A stretch of 64,000 nt of DNA from Giardia intestinalis (lineage: Eukaryota). Both the position numbers and the translations under genes were made by a program. The stretch lies in assembly GCA_000002435.2 (NCBI GenBank), contig CM018793.1. One strand, 5' to 3'. A model generated the notes under the pieces. The model made no database searches. It was not told the DNA's origin and saw nothing but the letters and a program-made list of their open reading frames with translations. Positions 11,701 through 21,079 of this stretch are shown here, piece after piece. Numbering within the stretch: position 1 is the stretch's first letter; every line of letters begins with the position of its first letter.

Positions 11701-14251
11701 CTCAGCTACGAGTGAAAAGACTGAGAAAAGGCACCAGCTATCTACCATGCAAAAATTGCTTGCCCAGCAATGCTACTTTTCCGGTCACTCTCTCCATGGA
11801 TGCATAGATTTACTGCTAAGCGCTAACATAGATATACGGATATGTGCCATGCAAAATATGGAACTATATAATATGCTCAGCACATTCAACAGAGCTTTTG
11901 TTATGGAACAACTGCCAATTAAAACGTCCGAGCAGCGGACAGAAATCTCTTACCCAGACCCCATAGTCTTGTTGAAATATCTTTCATATGTTTACCAAGT
12001 ATTTGGTACAAGAGGATTGCCGAGTAGCAATAATAATCTGAATAGTATAGTCTTTGATCGCTTCTGCACTCCTATGTCAACGCCCTTGATTATGGCAGCC
12101 CAGTATGGAAGTCCTGTTTGTCATATACTTTGCGCCATCATAAACTCTCTGACAAAGTCTACCACTGCTGAAAGGGTGCTCAGCAATCCAAGTACACTGA
12201 GCGCATACGTCAATCATAGAGATGCATATGGACTCACCGCCCTTCATCATGCAACTATTCTGTTCATTCGAGCATTTGTTTCCATCATCAAGCATAGCCT
12301 TTCACCTATCATCTCACTAGGTCTTAGCCTTACAGCCTCTTTCCCAGCCATACATAAACCAGAAACGGTAATCTTTGATCATGAATTTGCTTGTAGTATC
12401 TTGGCCCTGTCACGGGCAAATGTTAAGGCCCTAATGCTGGCTGGAGCTGACCCTGGAATACCCGATGCCACAGGAGTGCGCTGCTGTGATAGACTCATTG
12501 CTATGTTGCTAGAGATGAATATGATACTGTTTCCACCAGAGTATGTAGTTGAGCGCTTTCATAAGGATCAGCCGACTGACATACTTATGCATCTAATACT
12601 GTGGTCAGAGAAGCACCACAAGCCTTCGCGTAGTGATGCAACTTTGAACCCTGACTCTTCTTTGACCGTTCGCATACCAATCTTAATCGAGGCTAAACAC
12701 GTTAATTGGAGAGAGGAATTAGTGAAACTACAGCTCAGACAATTGCAAAGATCTGGACACCTTACAAAGGATGTGTTGTCTACTGATCGCACATCTCCAC
12801 CACTAGCCCTTGATCTACGTGTCCAGATTAGCGTTGAGGTGCACCCGAAAATCTCTTCTGTATCCTCTGCCATGCAGGTCATAATACAATCCAATTGTAC
12901 CCGTGTGATCTCCGAACTGTCTATCGTGCTATCAATATTCCTCGGGCTTCCCGAATATCAAGATCGCAACCAGGCCTTTTCTAATGATATCATTACCACA
13001 TCCACTACCACCTTCATTCCTACCCCTGCGGAGATTGTTCCTCTCCCTTTTTGTAGTGTTAGTGCAGAGGGCATTCAGCACTATCTCGAACTCTGGTCCT
13101 CAGTGCCGGTCTTGGAGATAACGAAGCAGCCACCCCTCTCTTCACCTATGCCACCTATGCCAATGCAAGAACTACTTCTTTGGGCATACAGTCTGTACTC
13201 TGTCTATGGTCTCCGGGACTGTAGGTTCATTGACGAGTTTCATTCTAAATGGGCCACGACAGGTAACGCTTTCATTCCGTGGGATACTCAGGTGTACAGT
13301 TCCGACGCATCTGCAGAGGAAACCGTTACTTGTTCATCAGCTACAATACCTGCAGTTGACCAGCTGCCGCCTCTACTGCACTCTCTCTCACTAGAGTCTG
13401 CTATCGGCAGACTAGCACTTGGGGACAGTAGGGTGGTATACACTCGGAAATATAATTTAAAATTTTACAATAATCAATCTAATTGTCAATATTTTTCTGT
13501 ACATAGATTTAGAAATCAGGTGTGGAGGCGGATATTGGGGAACTTAAGAGCTAAGCCTTCAATATGTAATGAAAGCGTACACATCCAACACATAGACTTA
13601 GACAAGACAGGGTCTGCCATAGTCGATACCATAACGATGTCCGTGTCGCACACACTACTTCAGAGCTCACTACTGGACTTTCCGAACCAGATGCTATCCA
13701 CTGCAGACATCTTCACTCTTCTCAAGGAGTCCTTAGTTATATGCTTCCATGAAGAGGAAGCGTGTATAGAGTCTGAAGGCCGTGACTCACTGTGCGCCAC
13801 TGTTACCTACAGAGATGTACTCGGTCTTTCTAGCTCAGCTGACGACTCCGTTCTTCTGGATCTTCGAACGATATTTCGTCGTGCTAGGGTGCTCTCTATT
13901 TTGGCTGACAACATCTGCCCGCGATCGACTCTTCTATTCTGTTCGCCCGATGATCTGTGCTTCCCATCTGCGTGGATGCTGTCTCAGTGTTTCGCGGGGT
14001 CGAAGGTGTTCCTTGAGTCACTTTACTCAAGCAACTGCAACAACGATCTAGCGGAGGGCATAGACGAACTGTACGCTCCAAAGATTCCTCTGTTGGACGC
14101 TATGATTGATAGAACACTCCAGTCTACCAAAATATGTTCCACCCTCTTTGACGGCAGAGTCACAGAGGAAGCGGAGCCCGTAGACAAAAGAACTGTACTG
14201 TTCACACCGAATCGGCTAGGCTTCGCTAGGCTGCAAAATAAACACATTTAG
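5747..14251 (+). CDS. giant hypothetical protein (about 2834 aa), largely alpha-helical, a few ankyrin-like GxTALHxA segments
   Basis: Uninterrupted 8.5 kb ORF; ORF-track start at 5744 is TTG, first ATG at 5747; no catalytic motif recognised. Confidence 0.6.
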   Translation: MKPRSSRSDVHPKKDLVYPNPFWPPTGACCLQSPFSLDYQDAMLLLFRALERAVNLPILRMDDMAACYTVAFQRLSLLSLDHDKLNISFTDPDSDADLRMKKSASDAISSEGPISFSNAIPLRRSTLQVLTSNPLDLLNLATQFYDFLKFQTRLHSEILALIYCIHRIQTWSNSSSAQESNASFRKRSHEYFSSYLSTSLQNINTMIRDCPLLVDAYLSKMVCISLLRCLEPQIDTGHKDMLKELLGVANSGIENGSVLLALYDQVEYYSTNEFTGVYSESYLMHLTNTMKSLTHGLLLGWHTLRAYRVNLLRQLGRFDDACTEARELIKLTITTMQGEKHLSASLCTCVSDTLTLEPLDPIMFVAQQTNFVPVHSKGYNGFVQLPPPFQLELDNSLSSFSSQNAMGNTTTIKFPSLRDIYMSSPIGTSLPPEPESSNSNDPVNTSINVPINVDQSASFTDKMSSRQKTNAQAANTKAKDLSHKGRSLSDTSNMGCPIHSASSKHLDYRLTYLLAVLEAGYDDEAFEYLMSGVFRSRLFSRLKANLDYGTIYTTPKKSDYIRFEVQNDEKYHYHTTATSVNPSPVHYPTYYRHYSEGLNHKCVDDYFANGPQPVCKDCTKRTSHGARPHFVVRNDGAYNQYTMHSFLARHNKLLTNILYQRAYKHINHMFTSKHGTIHNRKPLSKLSLGRLKPSTNFVHNLRMSFDPKLLTIINCYFSSQIRGPLSRILFYGPYYQFRCTSDKPYTSFEDIQDVIDIISSSSHHAEQLQAQAIWFNYHAHNNQVGTTTPVSYSIIDSPASIFLCTSETKATNSLLRTTPLTTTVTTYTLLFLLLKRRATWANKLAQSIFAERMLGCNCARSSMLFKRSMNVMDLAMAWPKKCLHLKIMPSMLLTDLGVRPAIPSTKLLQLAFSTNPYVVEYLLAKAVLPSKVALYGLTLLFDASACEDPDCLLVAQYPNEDLQLSTYRHAVRAWQDRYCRSSEEKQGTYTIDPKAASCTEARDKDMRKTASRLRLSERRRALFQLVQDQRKLEAAIYASEFGGLWGSNALYLQIYALAEKLATEDGIMAGIPFSFYIRSLRIITLGACDECGNSFLNGKGVQLSSHGYLHIASLDFLLQAYVQYLQFEAASTLRSLAIHTSITAKSYPADIIDTTDALDTKDIKDTSTSLREAFFKRWRLIWRATLLQFKGYPPYLSLRSAQAMKELFYNMIFTHRNVSTPDKPGMLSYVNPLLCLLNTNSQFLDIMTLASTAANDKNGLLSLLQSYLVAFMSGNQKELFSVSAIESQPTNVYFDMPIFVVFFSLTIISILEFKPSFAPGSLLSEFTRLTTFSPITDATTSAGLLFYSANDLSHHYISPMSKTKKHISLTLLNCMALGMLSRKEDASNAQIIGNNATSSSAATFIANRDAYKALQGSTCDTLDKWLSTKVLATSKISSLSFQSGSNTQHDVRGKRKPARYMKSLSYQHKRSPPPSRALEPHHSQNIDDILLSSFYIDDENRLYRSFLRNPGLSLRLSRLQRTQYFGLATLNTILEMEDIIERMFVTVNYSVSDLILIYFMAHSFDHTSRKANLSYIYDSDAVLNYRCPISSFGTANMPPIYYLVETGQDEVFMLLMERVISALSYRNHLSTLEENSTSTASDCPVLPEEFCGYSFSLAEDMVLKVDHEDSDVVLEADSNSPLLTYLAARRKARLGPSSDLDLDAFVTPSTISFGGTHKIAIYEAQAKILNIPLSRAEIDALYTAKTLSKQEIETCLNPLWANIVGSTKLLRSSIDSLVHCCYKGETLLHAASKRDHLHIIELILLIFPVDCYDLLRSFYAALLNHSSGALRLFLPSPLHPSLEGVRDIAADIKEGISTITTETPECKYLLKHSIAAASALSDMSNILLNSFSYDVNPLLKLGSGESPFSPLANHEQLADKLQEFQQLVSSSQYYSFLAWAHLVRTLRPFCSGTTGGVSCLHCHHAKSSPCKKSNLLKYLSFAKTHSATSEKTEKRHQLSTMQKLLAQQCYFSGHSLHGCIDLLLSANIDIRICAMQNMELYNMLSTFNRAFVMEQLPIKTSEQRTEISYPDPIVLLKYLSYVYQVFGTRGLPSSNNNLNSIVFDRFCTPMSTPLIMAAQYGSPVCHILCAIINSLTKSTTAERVLSNPSTLSAYVNHRDAYGLTALHHATILFIRAFVSIIKHSLSPIISLGLSLTASFPAIHKPETVIFDHEFACSILALSRANVKALMLAGADPGIPDATGVRCCDRLIAMLLEMNMILFPPEYVVERFHKDQPTDILMHLILWSEKHHKPSRSDATLNPDSSLTVRIPILIEAKHVNWREELVKLQLRQLQRSGHLTKDVLSTDRTSPPLALDLRVQISVEVHPKISSVSSAMQVIIQSNCTRVISELSIVLSIFLGLPEYQDRNQAFSNDIITTSTTTFIPTPAEIVPLPFCSVSAEGIQHYLELWSSVPVLEITKQPPLSSPMPPMPMQELLLWAYSLYSVYGLRDCRFIDEFHSKWATTGNAFIPWDTQVYSSDASAEETVTCSSATIPAVDQLPPLLHSLSLESAIGRLALGDSRVVYTRKYNLKFYNNQSNCQYFSVHRFRNQVWRRILGNLRAKPSICNESVHIQHIDLDKTGSAIVDTITMSVSHTLLQSSLLDFPNQMLSTADIFTLLKESLVICFHEEEACIESEGRDSLCATVTYRDVLGLSSSADDSVLLDLRTIFRRARVLSILADNICPRSTLLFCSPDDLCFPSAWMLSQCFAGSKVFLESLYSSNCNNDLAEGIDELYAPKIPLLDAMIDRTLQSTKICSTLFDGRVTEEAEPVDKRTVLFTPNRLGFARLQNKHI

Positions 14252-14271
14252 CCGGACATAGACACCGAAAC

Positions 14272-15231
14272 TTAGTTTTTGTACACCGAAGACGCATCTT
14301 GGTCCATCTGAGGGAACATGACTGCTTGATATGGCTGGCCGAAGCCAGCGCCAGGGGGCACACCCATTACCGGCTGACCACTGCCAGCAGCCGGGAGCCA
14401 ATACATTAACCACTGGTATGGTACCGATGGATGATTTAAGAATCCAGGGCCTGCAACTGGCGTCTGAAGAGACAGCTGTTGCCATGCAGTAGGCACAACT
14501 GGCCCCTGGCTTGGAGCTGGCGAGGTAGAGGCAGCAGCAGCAGCAGTTGCCGTTGCAGCGGTCGTGGGGGGAGAGAAGGCCGAAAGGCCCACTGGAAACA
14601 CCGGCTGCGAGACCATTTGGGAAGAGGAAAAAGGTGGTTGTTGTGTAAACGAGTTCGTCGCCGGCTGATCAGCTGAGTTGGCAGTACCGTCAGTCGCAAG
14701 GGCAGCAAGAGTCGGCTTCTGATCGGCCGGATGTTGCCTCGTTTTTGACACAATAGAAACCGCGTGACGCTTAGTAGGAAGCGTAATTTTCTTGCGGCTC
14801 AGAATACGCTGTATGTCACGGCTTCTGAGCATGTTGTTGTAAGTCATCATAATCTCCTGTCGAGGATACTTGGACTCAAATAGATTACGAATTGTAAGTT
14901 GAAAACCATCCTCTAAAATTGTTTGAGTCTCAATCCCCTGGATAATAGCGTCCTTAATTATTTTCTTGTCTTCTGCTGACATCTTAATACCGGATATGCG
15001 ACGCAGATGCGTTTCGTTATACCAATGATAGACACTTGCGCGGGTCATGCCCAAATCCTTAGCGATACTTGGCCAGTTAACACGCATTTTGGAAACATAA
15101 CTATGAAGCGTTACCGGATTTTTAATAAGCTGCTCCATCGAGTGCTGGGGATCTAGCGTGGCGATGACTTGTACAGCAAGGGCACGCAATACTGCACGAT
15201 GAACATCGTTATAATCATCCGGTACAAGCAT
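14272..15231 (-). CDS. putative helix-turn-helix DNA-binding protein with Q/P/A-rich C-terminal tail
   Basis: ORF-track start 15240 is TTG; first ATG at 15229-15231 behind TTGAATTGAAAAAAATG; segment WPSIAKDLGMTRASVYHWYNE resembles psq/CENP-B/pogo-type HTH; C-terminal Pro/Gln/Ala low complexity including a (GCA)5 run. Confidence 0.5.
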   Translation of the reverse strand: MLVPDDYNDVHRAVLRALAVQVIATLDPQHSMEQLIKNPVTLHSYVSKMRVNWPSIAKDLGMTRASVYHWYNETHLRRISGIKMSAEDKKIIKDAIIQGIETQTILEDGFQLTIRNLFESKYPRQEIMMTYNNMLRSRDIQRILSRKKITLPTKRHAVSIVSKTRQHPADQKPTLAALATDGTANSADQPATNSFTQQPPFSSSQMVSQPVFPVGLSAFSPPTTAATATAAAAASTSPAPSQGPVVPTAWQQLSLQTPVAGPGFLNHPSVPYQWLMYWLPAAGSGQPVMGVPPGAGFGQPYQAVMFPQMDQDASSVYKN

Positions 15232-15909
15232 TTTTTTCAATTCAAGACCGTTAATATATTTTGTGGTCTTTAACAGTCAATGTGCCCTAGAAGCCGCTAT
15301 CCCGTTAAAGCGCCTCTTTCAGTTTATAACCGAGCAAAAAGCTTCGTTCAGGCCCTCGAGTCATGTACTAATCATGTACTGTCATGTACTATTTGAGTTG
15401 TAATTCGTGCAGTCAAGAAGTCATGACCGGCTCAACCCTCTGCTGTAAATCTCGAAGCATATGTCACCGCGTCGTGTGGTCTTCTTGACCGAGCATCTAA
15501 ATATTTTCGATGACAAACCTTTAGCTAATTTATAAAGGGTTTCTGTTTAGGCAGTATCTTTGGCACGATTCTCCTCTTCGCCCTCTGGGCCCTGTCTATT
15601 TTCCCCTGTCAGAATGGTTTATGTATGGCATATCAAATTTTTGTCAAATTATATAGACCATTCAGCTTAGAATCTTGCTTAAGGAAGTGTGCTTCCGGTC
15701 TAGACGGTGAAGGTTTACTTCGCTAGTATTTACTAGTAATTTCTTTCGGTATAATCTTATGAGATCTCCTACTCTTGAAGAGTACATCTCTTACTTTCGT
15801 TCTTTGCAAAGTGCAAAAGCTTTTGCCTTTCTCTTATGACTGCAGAGGGCTGTAAGGATGGGATGGCCGAAGAGCTTTGAGGAGGTTTTTGGGGGACCTC
15901 GGGCTATGG

Positions 15910-18900
15910 CTATAGCCTCAGAAACAGGTCTGCGCAGCCATAGTCAAGATGCTGTCTTCTTCCGACTGTCCATTCCAGCACTGATACGCTCGACTTTGGA
16001 GGATGCGCCATGTTCTGCGGCTGCAGGCAGGCAGGAGATGAGGCCAATAGTTCATCCATGCTGGGCGCAAAAAGGTCTATAGCCAGTCCACTGTATAGTT
16101 TAGCTGAATCACATGTTAATTTATATGCCTGTCTAACTCTGTGTGCCACATGGAATAGACCTGCAAACAGAAACGAGGAGGCTACGCCAGCTCCAAACCG
16201 ATAATAGAGCGCCTCGAATAGCCCCTGAAAAGCGTCAGAAAGCGTCCTATCACATAAGTCTAAGATGTTGGGGAAGGCCATCGAAATTAGATGGTCCAGC
16301 AGAGGAGACCCTTGCTGAATAGGGACACACGATAGCATCATGCTCTCTGCCACCCGCATACCCATCAAGCGCATAGACCCGTCTCTCTCTGCAAGCGCAT
16401 GCGATGCAACTCCAACCGTACCCTCCAAGAGTGCCATGTATGTGGTGCACCTTGTTTCACAGCTCTCTCTACTGCTCTCAGGCAACATCTGTGTACTTGT
16501 TAGTGATACCATGTTAAATGCGTAGGTTATTGTGCGAAGTATTGACAATTTAATGGCCCGATCCGGTAGTGCGCCATATTGAACGAGCAGGAACGGGAGA
16601 GCAGCACCAACTCCAGCAGAGAGCAAGACTGCAGCAGCTGCATGACACAAGACTAGTCTTGTTGATCTAGAAACAGTACCTTCGGTGATAAAGAGTGCCC
16701 AAAAGAGATCGTGAAGTGGACACACCTTACTTGCCTGTACTACTGCTTCTACTGCTAATTGCTCCAAGACACGAACACTGACGCTCTCTAGTGCATCGGG
16801 AATCAGACGCAAGCATTGAAGGATGTCTGGTCCCATGTTCTCTACCAGACTAGAGTGCAGCTCAAATTTCGAGAGATGCTTGTGTGCCTGAGAACTGACT
16901 GTTTCGAACACCTTATATGTCGCACACAAGTAGCTACATGCATCTTTCTTATCTGCTTTCATCCGCTCAGAAATCATGGTCTCGTGGATCTGGGCACATA
17001 TAACAGGTAGAAACGACACCAGTGGCCGTATCTGAGTGTGCGAAAAGGAGATGCCAGAGTTCATGATATCTACTAGGAGCTCACACACGATACTGAACCG
17101 CAATGCATCTGTGTCTGGCCTGAGGAGTTGAAATTGAGAAGCTATGAGGACAAATGCCCTTTCAAATAGCTCAGCAACCCCACTAATAGTAACATCTTCT
17201 AGGCTCTTTGATTCCACCAATAAGCGCAAGTAGATGGACAAGGGACCCAGGTACTGCGCAAAATCATTGCTGCACAGGTACTGCCTGAATTGCGGTAAGA
17301 CGTGCTCAACTATGAGCACGCGCAATACACCAGGCGTAAGACTAGCTACACTGATGAGACCCTGATGAATATCATGTAACAGTGAAAGGAATCCGTGATC
17401 AGTCCGGTGAATGGCCAGGATCAGTCTCTCCAGTGATTGTAGGAGCTGGAGAAGGACTGGTTTGGATAATGATTGATGCTTAGTTGAAGAGAAGCGTCGG
17501 AGGGCAAGCATTATTATGGAAAGAAGCGTTTTATCTGATGCTAGGTTGTGCATTTGTCCCTGTCTGCGTCTTAGAAGCAGGAGAAAAGCATTGAAGATAA
17601 TCTCAGGGAACAGAAGCGCAAGGTCTTGGAACACAGATGTAAAATGAAAATAAACATCACCAGGATAGTCTGACTTAGGAAGTAGGCATAGCCCTAAGAT
17701 ATTAGCTCCTTTTCGTTCAAGAAATCCATACACTTTCTCTCTAAAAGACTCGGCAACTGGAGCTATTCTCAAAAAGGCATTGAGAAGGAAGCAAACAGAA
17801 CGGATTCCGTGGGCAGAAAAGACTTGATTAACACTGCTAAATTTGTTACCAAGAGTGTCAATAGCGGACGAGAAAAACGCACAAAGGCGGTAATCCAAAC
17901 CACATATAATGGTGTGTGCATGCACAGACCAGCATATGGCCTCAATGTAAACCAATCCGTGTCTTATTAATGAGTTTGGGTGGGAAGCCAGCGTCACGAA
18001 GTGCTCATGCATTACAGAGATAGCATCTGGCGTTTCCCCTAAGCACAGCAGAATTTTCAGTATCTCTTGTGCCTGAGGGAGAGTTTTATCTAACTTTTGA
18101 CAGAGACAGCTGCACAAAGTCAGGTAGTCAGTCCAGGCAATGGTTGTGACGCAGTTATGACTCTTCAGCATCCAAGTGGTGAAGAAGTGCAGGCCATCGA
18201 TAACAGTTTCGCATGAGAATGAGACAGACTTTGAGAATCCATCATCATCCTTTCTATTGTTCTTAATGAATGTGGTAGTTAGTTCTTGAACAAGCCAATC
18301 AATGAAAAATGGGTTATATGCCTGCTGCATGCGTAGAACAAAGCGGAAGAAGAACGAAGCGTAGAGGTCAATAGCCATCGATGAGTCCGGTCCGGTCTCT
18401 GCCTTAATGCCCTCAAGTTGCTCTTTAATGAAGGATAGAACAAGCGAGATAAACGTGGTCATTGGGGTTGTTGTTTCAAGGACAGTGAAAAGAGTCGCAG
18501 ACAACTTTCCAAAGGTAGCGATGCCAGCCTTACGGTCGAGCCGAGAGAATGCGGTCTTTAAGATGGAAAAGCGAGAAGACTGCCTTACGATATGGTGAAT
18601 GTATTCACGATACGGCAGTTTTTTGCTTATGATGGCAGATAAAAGATCAAGTTGACTATCTATCTTATCGCCAAGTGGGTGCCGGCAAAGTCTTGCTATC
18701 AGCTTCTTAAGAATTTGCATGTGGATATTTGTGCTGCACTCGGGAATATAATCTGCTAGGATGCTGCAGATATCTTTAGAGCTATTGCGGCGAATAAATT
18801 CATCATAAAGGGTGTTTGGGCCCAAGGAGCCATTTTTGGCTTGTAAAGCTGCATCTGTAACAAAAAACCTAACAAGTTTTCCATGGGTGCTACACTTAAG

Positions 18901-18933
18901 TGCTGGTTCGATTGTCGCTGGTCCCGGCAGCAT
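15910..18933 (-). CDS. large hypothetical alpha-helical protein (1007 aa), possibly HEAT/ARM-like
   Basis: 3 kb ORF; ATG at 18931-18933 (minus) behind TTTTTAAAATG; no motif recognised. Confidence 0.6.
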   Translation of the reverse strand: MLPGPATIEPALKCSTHGKLVRFFVTDAALQAKNGSLGPNTLYDEFIRRNSSKDICSILADYIPECSTNIHMQILKKLIARLCRHPLGDKIDSQLDLLSAIISKKLPYREYIHHIVRQSSRFSILKTAFSRLDRKAGIATFGKLSATLFTVLETTTPMTTFISLVLSFIKEQLEGIKAETGPDSSMAIDLYASFFFRFVLRMQQAYNPFFIDWLVQELTTTFIKNNRKDDDGFSKSVSFSCETVIDGLHFFTTWMLKSHNCVTTIAWTDYLTLCSCLCQKLDKTLPQAQEILKILLCLGETPDAISVMHEHFVTLASHPNSLIRHGLVYIEAICWSVHAHTIICGLDYRLCAFFSSAIDTLGNKFSSVNQVFSAHGIRSVCFLLNAFLRIAPVAESFREKVYGFLERKGANILGLCLLPKSDYPGDVYFHFTSVFQDLALLFPEIIFNAFLLLLRRRQGQMHNLASDKTLLSIIMLALRRFSSTKHQSLSKPVLLQLLQSLERLILAIHRTDHGFLSLLHDIHQGLISVASLTPGVLRVLIVEHVLPQFRQYLCSNDFAQYLGPLSIYLRLLVESKSLEDVTISGVAELFERAFVLIASQFQLLRPDTDALRFSIVCELLVDIMNSGISFSHTQIRPLVSFLPVICAQIHETMISERMKADKKDACSYLCATYKVFETVSSQAHKHLSKFELHSSLVENMGPDILQCLRLIPDALESVSVRVLEQLAVEAVVQASKVCPLHDLFWALFITEGTVSRSTRLVLCHAAAAVLLSAGVGAALPFLLVQYGALPDRAIKLSILRTITYAFNMVSLTSTQMLPESSRESCETRCTTYMALLEGTVGVASHALAERDGSMRLMGMRVAESMMLSCVPIQQGSPLLDHLISMAFPNILDLCDRTLSDAFQGLFEALYYRFGAGVASSFLFAGLFHVAHRVRQAYKLTCDSAKLYSGLAIDLFAPSMDELLASSPACLQPQNMAHPPKSSVSVLEWTVGRRQHLDYGCADLFLRL

Positions 18934-18964
18934 TTTAAAAAGAACTCCCTATCGCTCCCCAGGA

Positions 18965-21079
18965 ATGAGCTATGGGTTTATTATGGGACTTTGCATGGCC
19001 TGTACAATGCTCGGGGTCTCTATGAAGGTCAATGCAGTGGAAAAGATGATTGCAGAAGGCCCGTTGTCGCTATATGACGTCATCATATACAGGCCTAATA
19101 GTGGTCCGCTAATGCTCCTAGCCATCTATGTACTCCGAAGGCTGGGTCCCTACAGTCTGCTTCTTCATTTCCTTTGGCCGGTTACCCTTGATCTTGTCGT
19201 TGGAGCCTTGTATGAGCACACAGCAAAGAAGTTTTTTAGAGAGATGGCTCGGTTGCTTAACCGGTATCTCAAGGAGCCCGACAAGCAGCCCTATAAACGT
19301 AAGACTCTCTCCCTAGTAGTATCTTGCTTCACAGCTCCCGGGGTCTCTGTTTTGGTCTACATTCAGAGGAAGATGATGATCACGGAGCTTTTCCTTCTCA
19401 ATGTCTACTTCTACTTGCTGCAGGGCTCCCATGCTCCATACACGGCCTGCATCAGCACGGCCCTGGTAATGTTAGACTCTAATTACTTTCCGATAGCGGT
19501 GTTTACCTCCGTTTACTGCCTCTCATGGACGTTCCTTGTGCCACGAGCTTCTACGAGGCGCTACAGGAATTACATATTTAAGGTTGCTGGAAGACTTCTG
19601 CACATTGTTATTCTTCAACTGGTCCTTATTGCAGTGCTCATTGTCCCTTTTGCTCTGATGCATGATGATCCTGCAGAACTGTTAGGATTTATTGGTAGCA
19701 GGTTGCATGCCATGTTTGTTGTAAGACCAGAATCGGTGGCACATTCCGGAAACAATATGCACGACCCTCACTCCATACCCCTTCCTTCCTTCTGGGACAT
19801 TGTATGCTTCCTGAAGGCCATGACATCGGGCAGATTTGATGATCTAACAGATTACATAGAAGATAATAGTCTTTGGGTGTGGAGCGCAGTGACCGTCATA
19901 ATATTCGTTGGGATTAATCTTTCAATCATGTTCGCGTGGATGCGGCGACACGCAAGTGTAGAACCCATACATCAAGTCCTATTGTGTTTTAGTACACTAA
20001 TGAGTTTCGTTGTGTTTATCCCAGAGCGGAGTTTCACGATTATTTTGCCGGTGTTGACAGCAATATATTACATTTTATTGGATCTCATTTCCACAACCTC
20101 ACAAACGGCAACACAGAAGGGTCTGGAGCATGCTGTGGCAACGGAAAGGACGCATCTTGGTTTGCACCCTATTGCTACCCAGCGGGGGTTGATGAGACAA
20201 AGCAGGGTGACAGGAAGGTGCAGATGTACAGGGACAAGCACCAGCCTGAAGGACGTAGTCAACATTATTCCTACTAGCTTGGCATCTATCAGCGATACTC
20301 CATTTGCCTGTTTAAAGAACGAAAATTCAAGCTTTGACACTGGTACCAGCACCAACAACGATCCTCAAAAACAGCTTCATCAAAAGTGGTTGAAGAATTA
20401 TAACAATCTTCGCTACAAGCATCTTTCACAGAAGATTTTGGCAAATCGTAATCACATGATTACACACCCCTTCAATGACCTCTTCGTGACCAATGATCTG
20501 ATTCTCGGTAGCAACGTCTATAGAACTTTAAGCACAAGGGATAAGTGGAAGAGAGCAGATCAGACGTCGAAGAATAGAGCAGATGAAAGTCAATCAGCGC
20601 TCAAGTACATAAGGGACGAGAGAGCGGATAGTCTTTTCGGGAACGATGAGGCTCTATGCAGTTGTTTCTCTGGAACGCACCTGGCGTACTTCAACAAAAA
20701 CATCAGAAACGGAATAGACACGGCCGGGTCTCACTTCTTGGACTTTCTTGAAGAATACAGAGACAGGCTCTCTCACTTGCTTCCATTGATTCTCCAGATG
20801 CTTTTTGCCTTCTACAACATGTATTCATCCGTCCAGAACACGGGAATAGTGCGCAGGTATAGCCAAGTGTTTAACGTAGCGTCATTCCTTGCGCTTCGCA
20901 GGGCGTTCAAAGAGAACGAGAAAACCTTAATGTGGTCTCTGCCGTTCTTGTGCATTGATCTCTTTGGAGTGGAGTGGGTTCTGCTCAACAGAGGCGTCAA
21001 GATGATTCTGGCCCTCTTTATGATCATGTGCAACACGGCTCTTCTGGCATTTGTCGGCTTTAAGTTTCTGGAAATTTAA
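18965..21079 (+). CDS. multi-pass transmembrane protein, hypothetical
   Basis: ORF-track start 18812 is GTG; first ATG at 18965 (MSYGFIMGLCMACTML...), 31 bp from the divergent gene's ATG; at least 8 hydrophobic helices. Confidence 0.55.
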   Translation: MSYGFIMGLCMACTMLGVSMKVNAVEKMIAEGPLSLYDVIIYRPNSGPLMLLAIYVLRRLGPYSLLLHFLWPVTLDLVVGALYEHTAKKFFREMARLLNRYLKEPDKQPYKRKTLSLVVSCFTAPGVSVLVYIQRKMMITELFLLNVYFYLLQGSHAPYTACISTALVMLDSNYFPIAVFTSVYCLSWTFLVPRASTRRYRNYIFKVAGRLLHIVILQLVLIAVLIVPFALMHDDPAELLGFIGSRLHAMFVVRPESVAHSGNNMHDPHSIPLPSFWDIVCFLKAMTSGRFDDLTDYIEDNSLWVWSAVTVIIFVGINLSIMFAWMRRHASVEPIHQVLLCFSTLMSFVVFIPERSFTIILPVLTAIYYILLDLISTTSQTATQKGLEHAVATERTHLGLHPIATQRGLMRQSRVTGRCRCTGTSTSLKDVVNIIPTSLASISDTPFACLKNENSSFDTGTSTNNDPQKQLHQKWLKNYNNLRYKHLSQKILANRNHMITHPFNDLFVTNDLILGSNVYRTLSTRDKWKRADQTSKNRADESQSALKYIRDERADSLFGNDEALCSCFSGTHLAYFNKNIRNGIDTAGSHFLDFLEEYRDRLSHLLPLILQMLFAFYNMYSSVQNTGIVRRYSQVFNVASFLALRRAFKENEKTLMWSLPFLCIDLFGVEWVLLNRGVKMILALFMIMCNTALLAFVGFKFLEI

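Noticed and set aside
15541-15660. Firm call of a U2 or other snRNA gene in the long intergenic region
   Set aside because: Only fragmentary resemblance (GCAGTATCTTTGG; AAATTTTTGT); no full secondary-structure model can be built by eye, so it is kept as a finding, not a feature.
18901-18930. tRNA-like T-loop string GGTTCGATTG
   Set aside because: Flanking sequence cannot form a T-stem or acceptor stem, and it lies inside the coding overlap of two genes.
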